A DNA stretch of 64,000 nt from Eledone cirrhosa. Its lineage: Eukaryota. The DNA lies in the NCBI GenBank assembly GCA_964016885.1, contig OZ024759.1, forward strand, positions 19,468,001-19,532,000, written 5' to 3'. The translations under genes and the position numbers were made by a program. This document shows, piece by piece, positions 54,243 through 64,000 of this stretch. The notes under the pieces were generated by a model, which searched no databases, was not told where the DNA came from, and saw nothing but the letters and a program-made list of their open reading frames with translations. How positions within the stretch are numbered: position 1 is the first letter of the stretch; every line of letters begins with the position of its first letter.

Positions 54243-54635
54243 GGGCGGTGGATTGGCAGTATCGGTAGAGGGTCGGACGCCATGCTTTCCAGCATAGTTA
54301 CGTCCCTTTACGGTCTGAGTTCATATACCGCCGAGGTTTACTTTGCCTTTCATCCTTACGGGGTCAATAAAATAAAGTACCAGTAATGCACTGGGTAATT
54401 GCTGGCCTTGTGCCTAAAGTAGAAATAATTGTTTCTACTATTGGCACAAGGCCAGCAATTACCCAGTACATTACTGGTACTTTATTTTATCGACCCCGTA
54501 AGGATGAAAGGCAAAGTTAACCTCGGCGGGATTTGAACACAGAATGGCAAGGGCCGTAACTCTATGCGTCAAAGCATGGTGTCCAACCCTCTACCGATAC
54601 TGCCAATCCACCGCCCTGCCTAAAGTAGAAATAAT
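54243..54635. mobile_element. Two full-length SINE A copies tail-to-tail; the minus copy is inserted with a 19-bp TSD
   Basis: Plus copy 54243-54429, minus copy 54430-54616; TGCCTAAAGTAGAAATAAT at 54411-54429 and 54617-54635. Confidence 0.9.
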
Positions 54636-54696
54636 AATAATTATTATATATATATATATATATATCCTAGGATGTGTGTTTAAAATACTGTAGTAT

Positions 54697-54926
54697 TTAA
54701 CCCTTTAACATTTACATTACTCTATATATATTGTTGTATTTTTGTGGTAAAGGCTTTACCTCACATAATTATATCACATAATATCGAATCTATGAGATTT
54801 TGATATTATTTATTTTGAGAACAATACCTCAACATAAGTATGAGTGGCCAGTTATAGCCGGCTTGAACAGAAAGAGGTGAGAGAATTCTGGCCGGATATG
54901 GCCAGTTTAAATGCTTAAAGTGTTAA
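54697..54926. mobile_element. piggyBac-type MITE
   Basis: TTAA-CCCTTTAACATTTA ... TAAATGCTTAAAGTG-TTAA. Confidence 0.8.
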
Positions 54927-54989
54927 AACATTCAAATATTAACTCAAATAAGTACTCTATACTGGTGGGTAGAGTGTAGAAACTTGTTT

Positions 54990-55337
54990 TCATCATCATC
55001 ATCATCATCATTTTACGTCCGCTTTTTCCCTGCTTGCAAGGGTGAGACGGGAACTGATTCTGGCTTGATTTCTACAGCTGGATGCCCTTCCTAACACCAA
55101 CCTCATTTACAGTGAGTGCTGGGTGCTTTTTTGCCGTGGCACCTCCACGTCCAATTTACAGTGGAATGATAGGGACCCCAGTCCCTATCATCTCATTTCT
55201 ACAGCTGAGTAAACTGGAGCAATGTGAAATAAAGTGTCTTGCTCAAGGAAACAACACATCACCCGGTCTGAGAATTAAACTCACAACCTTTCAATTGCAA
55301 GGCCAATGCTCTAACCACTAAGCCATGTGCCTCCATG
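54990..55337 (-). mobile_element. SINE family B, full length
   Basis: Near-identical to 326-669. Confidence 0.92.
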
Positions 55338-55509
55338 TTTTCTAAGTTGAAAATTGGCAGTGACATTGTAGACAGCTGTTTTTAGAGAAACAGGTCAAAT
55401 ACATAAGTACAGAAACTATTCTTTTTGATGTGAAAATATTATTTTTTTTCCTTGTGTACTTTACACATAACATGTTAACTACTTTTTTCATATGTTTATC
55501 ATTTTTCCT

Positions 55510-56290
55510 CTATATAAATGTATATATATGGTATAAATGTATATATATGTATATGATATAAATGTATATATATATATGATATAAATGTATATATATATGA
55601 TATAAATGTATATATATATACAGTATATGGTATAAATGTATATATATATGGTATAAATGTATATATATATATATGATATAAATGTATATGTATATATATA
55701 TATATATATGATATAAATGTATATATATATATATGATATAAATGTATATATATATGATATAAATGTATATATATATATATATGATATAAATGTATATATA
55801 TATGATATAAATGTATATATATACAGTATATGGTATAAATGTATATATATATATATATATGGTATAAATGTATATATATATATATATATATGGTATAAAT
55901 GTATATATATATATATATATGATATAAATGTATATGTATATATATATATGATATAAATATATATATATATATATGATATAAATGTATATATATATAATAT
56001 AAATGTATATATATATATATGATATAAATATATATATATATATATATGATATAAATATATATATATATATATATATGATATAAATGTATATATATATATG
56101 ATATAAATGTATATATATATATATGGTATAAATGTATATATATATATATATGGTATAAATGTATATATATATGATATAAATGTATATATATATGGTATGA
56201 ACGTATGTATATGGTATGAATGTATATATATATATATATATACATATATGGTATAAATGTATATATATATATATGGTATAAATGTATGTA
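55510..56290. repeat. Minisatellite TG(A/G)TATAAATG(TA)n
   Basis: Direct inspection; roughly 30 units. Confidence 0.92.
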
Positions 56291-56981
56291 TATCGTTACA
56301 ATCACATACACAATTATGTTTGAAGATATATATTCACAATTTGATATCTAGTGTCACACACACTCATACCAAAGTATATATATATATATATGCATGTGTG
56401 TATGTATTTTTTCAAGAATGGATATCTGGATTTGGGCACACACAAACGCATGCTTGTGTGTGTATGAGTATGCATTAAGGGATACATACATACATGCATA
56501 CATACATGTGTGTGTGCGTGTACCATCGTTTTTACGTCCATTTTTCCACATAAAAAAGCATAGTGAGAACTCACACACACATATACACACATACATATAT
56601 GGATACACACATACACACATACATACATGGATACACACAAACACACCAACGTTAAAAGGTCTATTTTACTAATGGAAAATATTTGTATAAGCAACTTCAC
56701 TGATATGAAAATTGATAAATATTAATGATGATGGTGGTGGAGGTGACGATGATAGAGGTGGTGGTGATGATGGAGGAGGTGGCTATGGTGGTGGTAGTGT
56801 TGATGGTAGAAGTGGTGATGGTGGTGGTGATATTGATGGTGGTGGTGGTTGTGTTGGTGTTGGTGTTGATATCGGTGGTGGTGGTGGTGATGGTGGTAGT
56901 AGTTGGGGGTGATGGTGATAGTGATGATGATGGTGGTGGTGGTAGTTGTAGGGGTGATGATGGTGATAAAGATAATCATCA

Positions 56982-57590
56982 GTCTGGAACCCCTATCTTG
57001 CTCAGAACATTGACCTCCTGGAAACTGTTCAGAGACGTGCAACCAAGCGCATACCCTCCATCAGACACCTACCATACTCTAAATGCCTTGCTTCCCTGGG
57101 CATGGATTCATTGAAGCTCCGACGTCTGGCAATGGACTTGGTAAACACCCACAAAGTTATTAACCATCTCGCCAACAACAACCCTGAGCACCTTTTTGAT
57201 CTCCATGTGTCTAACACACGTGGACGTGCCTACAAAATCAGAAAACAGCACAGTTCCCATGACTTTCTGAAACATTTGTTCATGCTTAGAGTTGCTGAAG
57301 CATGGATCAAACTGCCTGCGTCAGTTGTTAGCTGCCGAGACACTGCATCCTTTAAGACACTCATGCTTCCCGAAATTCACCAAAACTACACCTGATGTAC
57401 CCCTTCCATACACATGCACACATGTGTATATCATGACTCATGCACTGTTCATTTTCCTGACGTTTGTACATTACCCTATGTACTATACATACACTTTTTG
57501 ATGAGTTGTAGTGCACCTGAGCACTGTACACAATATTTCATTATTATTATTGTTATTATAATAATAATTATTATTATTATAATTATTATA
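56982..57590 (+). mobile_element. CR1-clade LINE 3' fragment with (ATT)n tail
   Basis: WNPYLAQNIDLLETVQRRATKRIP...LKLRRL...NTRGRAYKI...RVAEAWIKLPASVV...SFK is a typical CR1 ORF2 C-terminus. Confidence 0.88.
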
Positions 57591-57895
57591 AGGCGGTGGA
57601 CTGGCAGTATCGGTAGAGGGTCAGACACCATGCTTTCCAGCATAGTTACGTTCCGTTACGATCTGAGTTCAAATCCCGCCGAGGTTGACTTTGCCTTTCA
57701 TCCTTACGGGGTCGATAAAATAAAGTACCAGTAATACACTGGGTAATTGCTGGCCTTGTGCCAAACATAGAAACAATTATTAATATTATTTAACTTTGCC
57801 TTTCATCCTTACGGGGTCGATAAAATAAAGTACCAGTAATGCACTGGATAATTTCTGGCCTTGTGCCTAAAGTAGAAATAATAATTATTATTATA
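57591..57895 (+). mobile_element. SINE A full copy plus a tandem 3' half copy
   Basis: GGCGGTGGACTGGCAGTATCGG...GAGTTCAAATCC...; a second copy starts at TAACTTTGCC 57791. Confidence 0.9.
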
Positions 57896-58025
57896 ATAAT
57901 AGTGGGCAGTGATGATGGTGGTGGCTGTGGTGATAGGGTTGATATTGGTAGTGTGGTGGCAGCGGTGCTGGTAGGGATGGTGGTAGGTGAGACGATGATG
58001 GTGGTAATGAAAATATGGACAAAGG

Positions 58026-58385
58026 ACAGACACACAGATCACAAGAAGGTCAAACGGGAAGTGCGTAAGCAATGCCCTGGTCTATCTCTCGAAACGATCG
58101 GTGTCTCCATTGAATTGAAGTGCCCTGAGTGTGGAAAAACTTGCTTGAGCAAATCTGATCTCAGGAGCCACAGTGGCAGCCATGTTAAGAGAGAACCAGT
58201 GAACTGTAATCTCCACGGTGTTGTGAAGGTTCACAGGCAGCCTGATGCAGGACCTCAAGCCAGGGAGATCCATAGTTGTCGTCAGTGTGTGAAGGAGTGC
58301 AAGTCTCTAGCAGGCTTGATAGGTCACATCTGAGCATCACACATCTGAATCTGACAAGCAATTGCAATATTCTTGCAGCCATCAT
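58026..58385 (+). pseudogene. Fragment with two C2H2-type zinc fingers, probably the 3' end of an RTE-type LINE
   Basis: CPECGKTCLSKSDLRSHSGSH and CRQCVKECKSLAGLIGHI*ASH (stop in the second finger); no TGEKP linker; preceded by a basic KKVKREVRK stretch. Confidence 0.5.
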
Positions 58386-58391
58386 GTATGC

Positions 58392-58423
<32 letters not shown>

Positions 58424-58461
58424 GTGTGTGCATAGATGTGTGTATATTTATCTCTATATAT

Positions 58462-61236
58462 AACCCGACAACCACCTGATCACCTATAGATCAGGGGAGC
58501 ACTCTAGTCAGTTAGATTTTATTCTCATCAGAGGACGTGACAGATGGACGGTCGTAAACACAAAAGCCTTCCCTAGTGAGGAATGTACATCCCAACATAG
58601 CTTAGTTGTCAGCGACCTCACGGTCAGAACTAGACGAGCTCTGAAACAGAGGCCAACCTGGAGAAGAAAGATCTGGAAGCTGAAAGTCCCCTCAACCAGT
58701 AACAGATTTAAAGATATTTTACTCAACGCCTACGACAGTAAAGAAGAACAGATAGAGACATTTAACGTAGAAGAGAACTGGGAGTTCCTAAAAAATAACT
58801 TACTAGAGGCGACGGATGAGGTTTGTGGCTGGAGTAAGACCTCAAGCAGGAGGAGAGTGACTTGGTGGTGGAACAATAAGGTAGATGAAGCAGTCAAGGC
58901 CAAGAGACAGGCATGGAAAGAATGGAAGAACGGGGGGAGCAGGGTACATTACATAGAGACCAAGAGGGAAGCTAGGCGACAAGTATACTTAGCTAGGAGG
59001 GAAGCAGAGGATAGAAAATTCAAGCATGTTTTACAACGTGAGGACCAGAAACAGGAGGTATTCAAGATTGCGAGGCAGTGTGTCAGAGATAGTTGTGATG
59101 TCATTGGAGAGAAGTGTATCCGGAATGATAAAGGTGAGCTTGCCCTCACAAGTGCTGAGAAGAAAGATGCATGGAAGAGTCATTATGATAGATTACTAAA
59201 TGAGGAGAATGCATGGGAAGAAGAGACCCTACCCCACGTAGACCCTATAGAGGGACCAGCAGTACAAGTCAGCGGCAGCGTAGTAAGTAAGGCAATCAGA
59301 GATATGAAGATAGGGAAGGCAACCGGTCCATCGGGTATAGCTGCCGAGATGCTGAAGGCATCTGGGTCTGTAGGTCACACTATAACCACACGTATCGTTA
59401 ACCAGGTAATACTAGAGGGGGCCATACCAAAAGATTGGTGCAGTAGCATCATTGTCAACTGCTACAAAGGTAAAGGCGATGCACTAGATAGAGGAAACTA
59501 TAGAGGTATAAAGTTGATGGACCAGGTCATGAAAGTAACAGAAAGAGTTATAGCACAGCTGATTAGGGACCGGGTGAATATAGACGAGATGCAATTTGGG
59601 TTTGTTCCAGGGAAAGGCACCACTGATGCGCTCTTCCTTGTGAGGCAATTACAGGAAAAGTACCTAGCTAAAAGTAAGCCACTCTACTTGGCATTTGTCG
59701 ACCTTGAGAAAGCCTTTGACAGAGTTCCACGTGCAGTAATCTGGTGGGCTCTTAGAAAACTAGGAGTAGATGAATGGCTTGTGAAAGCGGTACAAGCCAT
59801 GTATAGGGGAGCAGTCAGCAAAGTTAGGATTGGCAATGAGTATAGCGAGGAATTTAGCGTACAGGTTGGGGTCCACCAGGGCTCTGTTCTTAGCCCTCTC
59901 CTGTTCATCATAGTCCTGCAGGCAATAACGGAGGAGTTTAAGACCGGATGCCCATGGGAACTCCTGTATGCTGATGACCTCGCACTCATAGCTGAATCTA
60001 TGGTAGAACTAGAGAATAAATTCCAAACCTGGAAGCAGGGACTAGAGAGAAAGGGCCTCAAAGTCAACATGACAAAGACTAAGGTCCTTATAAGTAGACG
60101 AGAAAACAGAACCCAGATCCCCTCAGGGAAATGGCCTTGCTCAGTATGTAGGAAAGGTGTAGGTAGGAACTCCATTCTTTGCCCCAAATGCAAACAATGG
60201 GTACACAAGAGATGTAGCGGGATCTCAGGAAGCTTAATTAAGAATGTAGGATTCACATGCAGCAGCTGTGCTGAAACAGCAAGCAAACAGCCACAGGAAA
60301 CAAGTACCACCAATCTCTGGGAGGGCCCTGTAGAAACAGTAGACAGCTTCTGCTACCTAGGTGACCGAATTAGCAACGGAGGTGGGTGCTCAGAAAGTAC
60401 AATAACTAGGGTAAGAACGGGATGGAAGAAGTTTAGGGAACTACTACCACTGCTAGCTGCAAAAGGCTTCTCCCTCAGAATGAAAGGCAGACTGTATGAT
60501 GCGTGTATCCGAACAGCGATGTTGCATGGTAGTGAGACCTGGGCGCTGAAGGTGGAAGACTTACGTAGATTAGAGAGAAACGAAGCCTGCATGCTCCGAT
60601 GGATGTGTAACAGTAATATACGTGAACGACAAAGCATAAATGAATTGAGAGAGAGACTGAGCATAAGAGGAATCAAATGCTGCGTGCAGGAGAGGCGGTT
60701 ACGCTGGTATGGACATGTGATGCGTATGAAGGATGACAGCTGCATAAAAAGGTGCAGAGCACTAGAAGTTGATGGAAACCGCGGAGTGGGGAGACCCAAG
60801 ATGACTTGGGATGAGGTGATAAGAGCCGACCTTACCCAACTACACCTCTCAAAGTCAATGACACACGACCGTGACTTCTGGCGTCACGCAGTAATACAGG
60901 GTACCCGACCTCCCATGGGTACATGCTGAAGCATATAAACAATATGCCCCCCCCCCCCCCCCCCCACCGCAAGGTGGTCGTGGAGGTGCCACGGCAAAAA
61001 AGCACCCAGCCCACACTGTAAAGTGGACGTGTAGGCGCCACGAAAAAGCACCCAGCACTCACTGTAAATGAGGTTGGTGTTAGGAAGGGCATCCAGCTGT
61101 AGAAATCAAGCCAGATCAGTTCCTGTATGAGCAAGGCATGGTCAGCCGACCAGACACTGCCCACAACAGGACAACCCGTCTAACCCATGCTAGCGTGGAA
61201 GAACGGACGTAAAACGGTGATGATGATGATGATGAT
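58462..61236 (+). mobile_element. Young RTE-clade LINE, 5'-truncated within the AP-endonuclease domain
   Basis: Open frame plus 3'UTR and (GAT)n tail; both ends abut TA-rich microsatellite. Confidence 0.96.
58464..60929 (+). CDS. RTE LINE polyprotein, partial (APE C-terminus, reverse transcriptase, PHD-type finger, thumb/C-terminus); no native start
   Basis: The frame is open upstream of the called start at 58857 back to TAA at 58461: HLITYRSG..SQLDFIL...SQHSLVVSD (APE end), then KATGPSG, NYRGIKL, QFGF, FVDLEKAFDRV, HQGSVLSPLLF, YADD, YLG. Confidence 0.92.
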   Translation, partial: PDNHLITYRSGEHSSQLDFILIRGRDRWTVVNTKAFPSEECTSQHSLVVSDLTVRTRRALKQRPTWRRKIWKLKVPSTSNRFKDILLNAYDSKEEQIETFNVEENWEFLKNNLLEATDEVCGWSKTSSRRRVTWWWNNKVDEAVKAKRQAWKEWKNGGSRVHYIETKREARRQVYLARREAEDRKFKHVLQREDQKQEVFKIARQCVRDSCDVIGEKCIRNDKGELALTSAEKKDAWKSHYDRLLNEENAWEEETLPHVDPIEGPAVQVSGSVVSKAIRDMKIGKATGPSGIAAEMLKASGSVGHTITTRIVNQVILEGAIPKDWCSSIIVNCYKGKGDALDRGNYRGIKLMDQVMKVTERVIAQLIRDRVNIDEMQFGFVPGKGTTDALFLVRQLQEKYLAKSKPLYLAFVDLEKAFDRVPRAVIWWALRKLGVDEWLVKAVQAMYRGAVSKVRIGNEYSEEFSVQVGVHQGSVLSPLLFIIVLQAITEEFKTGCPWELLYADDLALIAESMVELENKFQTWKQGLERKGLKVNMTKTKVLISRRENRTQIPSGKWPCSVCRKGVGRNSILCPKCKQWVHKRCSGISGSLIKNVGFTCSSCAETASKQPQETSTTNLWEGPVETVDSFCYLGDRISNGGGCSESTITRVRTGWKKFRELLPLLAAKGFSLRMKGRLYDACIRTAMLHGSETWALKVEDLRRLERNEACMLRWMCNSNIRERQSINELRERLSIRGIKCCVQERRLRWYGHVMRMKDDSCIKRCRALEVDGNRGVGRPKMTWDEVIRADLTQLHLSKSMTHDRDFWRHAVIQGTRPPMGTC

Positions 61237-61245
61237 ATAAATATG

Positions 61246-61276
<31 letters not shown>

Positions 61277-61304
61277 GTGTGTGTATATATATATATATAT
61301 ACAC

Positions 61305-61336
<32 letters not shown>

Positions 61337-61398
61337 GCACGTGTGTGTGTGTGTATATATATAAACACACACACACATACATATATGTATATACTAAT

Positions 61399-61610
61399 TT
61401 AACCTTTTAGCATTTAAACTGGCCATATCCAGCCAGAATACTCACAACTTTCTGTTCAAACCGGCCGCAAATGGCCACTCATACTTATGTTAAGGTATTG
61501 TTCTCAAAATAAATAATATCAAAACATTATGTAAGATATTATGTGAGATAAAGTATTTACTGTGAAAATACAATAGAAAATATAGAGTAATGTAAATGCT
61601 AAAGGGTTAA
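61399..61610. mobile_element. piggyBac-type MITE
   Basis: TTAA-CCTTTTAGCATTTA ... TAAATGCTAAAGGG-TTAA. Confidence 0.85.
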
Positions 61611-61704
61611 AGTATCTTAACAAATATATGTATGATGAATAAGTTTCTCAACCAGAAAGATATATGTATATAGCTATATATCATTAGAGAAACACATAGC
61701 ATTT

Positions 61705-61767
<63 letters not shown>

Positions 61768-61857
61768 GGAATAGAATGAAACGAAATTTCATTTCTCACT
61801 CTTAGTACGGGATTTACTTAAATATAAGTATGTATGTACAAACAAACAAACCGAGCA

Positions 61858-62560
61858 TAATAATAATAATGAAATTATTGTGTAAAGTTATCAGGTGCAC
61901 TACAACTTGTCAAAGGTGTATGTATAGTACATAGAATAATACACAAATGTCAGGGAAGTGAATAGTGTATGAGTCATGATATACATGTGTGTATGTGTAT
62001 GGAGGGGGAATATTAGGTGTAGTGTTGGCGGATCTCGGGAAGCATGGAGGCCTTAAAGGATGCAGTGTCTCGACAGCTAACAACTGATGCAGGTAGTTTA
62101 TTCCATGGAGGTTTTAAAGGATGCAGTGTCTCGACAGCTAACAACTGATGCATGTAGTTTGTTCCATGGAGGCCTTAAAGGATGCAGTGTCTCAACAGCT
62201 AACAACTGATGCATGTAGTTTGTTCCATGGAGGCCTTAAAGTATGCAGTGTCTCAACAGCTAACAACTGATGCATGTAGTTTGTTCCATGGAGGCCTTAA
62301 AGGATGCAGTGTCTCGACAGCTAACAACTGATGCAGGTAGTTTGTTCCATGCTTCAGCAACTCTGAGCGTGAAAAAATGTTCCCGAAAGTCATGGGAACT
62401 GTGCTGTTTTCTAACCTTGTGGACATGTCCACGTGTGTTAGACACATGGAAATCAAAAAGGTACTCATGGTTGTTGTTGGCAAGATGGTTAACAATTTTG
62501 TGGGTGTTTACCAAGTCAGTTGCCAGGCGTCGGAGCTTCAATGTATCCATGCCCAGGGAT
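61858..62560 (-). mobile_element. CR1-clade LINE 3' fragment with a 5 x 61-bp internal tandem duplication (62043-62351)
   Basis: MDTLKLRRLATDLVNTHK...NTRGHVHKV...FFTLRVAEAWNKLPASVV; same family as 56982-57590. Confidence 0.88.
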
Positions 62561-62609
62561 ACATGGGCATGGATACATTGTAATAAATGTTCGGTAAACC
62601 GATACGGTC

Positions 62610-62640
<31 letters not shown>

Positions 62641-62913
62641 CATACACACACCACCCTTCTACCTTGCCCATACAGAAGATGGTCATCCGTCTTTTCCGCC
62701 ACCTATAGTCAGATCCCTCCATCTCACCTATTTTTCCACCCCCACCCCTCCCTTCATTTAAGTGCATTTGTAATCTTTGGAACCTACTGATCCGCAGTGC
62801 CCCCCCCCAACTCATCTCCTAGATCCCACCACGCTGTCATACATGCATCTTTATCTTCAATACCACCACCCTTTTCCATCCCAATGGCTGGTCCTTCCAG
62901 GTTAGGGACTCCT

Positions 62914-63677
62914 TAGCTACCGTCTATTTTGATTGCCCTGCACTTTTTTATACAGCTGTTGTCTTTCATGCGCATCACATGACCATACCAATGTAGTCTT
63001 CTCTCGAGTAAACAGCATCTGATCCCTCTTATTCCTAATTTCTCACTTAGTTCGTTTATGCTTTGCCGTTCACGTATATTACTATTACACATCCAACGGA
63101 GCATGCAACCTTCGTTCCTCTCCAGTCTGCGTAGATCCTCTGCACGTAATGCCTATGTCTCACTGCCATGTAACATTGCTGTTCGTATGCAGGCATCATA
63201 CAACCTGCCTTTTATTTTTAGAGAGAAACCTTTAGCGGCCAATAGTGGTATAAGCTCTCTGAACTTTTTCCATCCCGTTCTGACTCTAGCTACTGTACTT
63301 TCAGAGCACCCTCCACCACTGCTGAGTTTGTCACCCAGGTAACGGAAGCTGTCCACTATTTCTATAGAACCATCTGGGCAATAGAATGAGCTGGTATCCT
63401 GTGGGCACTTGCTACTACTTATTGCACCTGAGCACCAGCCACATATAAAATCTATATTCTTAGTTAGCTTACTTGTGATCCCACTACATCTTTTATGCAC
63501 CCATACTTTGCATTTGGGACATAAAATGGAGTTTCTGCCTACTCCTTTCCTACACACTGAACATGGCCATTTCCTAGAGGGGACCAGTGCCCTATTTTCC
63601 TTCCTACATACTAGAACTTTAGTCTTAGACAAGTTAATTTTAAGGCCTTTTGATTCTAGGCCATGCTTCCATGTTTG
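62914..63677 (-). mobile_element. RTE subfamily 2 internal fragment (PHD finger and RT C-terminus) with one in-frame stop
   Basis: ORFs 63153-63740 and 62913-63104 join across TAG at GSET*A; homologous to 60025-60780. Confidence 0.92.
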
Positions 63678-64000
63678 ATATATATATATAATTGGTGTTG
63701 AATGCTTAAGGCGTCCATATGCGGTAGGCCGTATGAGCACTCGATGCTCTCATAGAGCAGAGTATGATATCACATAGGAAAATCTGCTTCGTAGAATCAA
63801 GACGAATCTGAGGACCTTGCGATTTTCAGAGTCAGGTTCGATCATCAAATCAATCGTGCCTCTTTTTTTCTGTGATATATATATATATGTAGAAGTTCTA
63901 TTTAAATTGTTGGGATACAACAAGCAAATATTTTTATAACTGATATAAAGCACTCAACAAATTATTGGAGTAAAAATACGATATATTAACAAATGGAAAC

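Noticed and set aside
59684-60799. Antisense ORFs of 209 and 148 aa (also 5029-5862)
   Set aside because: Shadow frames of the LINE ORF with no recognisable motifs.

Overview
Repeat-saturated animal genomic DNA. I infer a cephalopod (octopus-like) source from its tRNA-SINE/RTE-LINE repertoire and microsatellite density. No host protein-coding gene can be supported. The only credible coding sequences are retroelement-derived: a young, 5'-truncated RTE-clade LINE with an uninterrupted EN-tail/RT frame (58464-60929) that carries a PHD-type C4HC3 finger inside the RT region, further RTE fragments, CR1 and Tx1-like 3' ends, and a Penelope-like GIY-YIG fragment. Also present are at least two tRNA-derived SINE families, TTAA-flanked piggyBac-type MITEs and TA-flanked Tc2/pogo-type elements. 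The most notable points are: (i) several minimal hammerhead-ribozyme motifs, often in inverted pLTR-like structures; (ii) a 5.7-kb 87-bp array whose monomer has hammerhead-ordered motifs but is not a canonical ribozyme; (iii) three tandem arrays (45, 97 and 61 bp) that are internal amplifications of three different LINE relics. The very long ORFs in the track over micro/minisatellites are artefacts. All alignments and folds were done by eye and coordinates of element edges are approximate.
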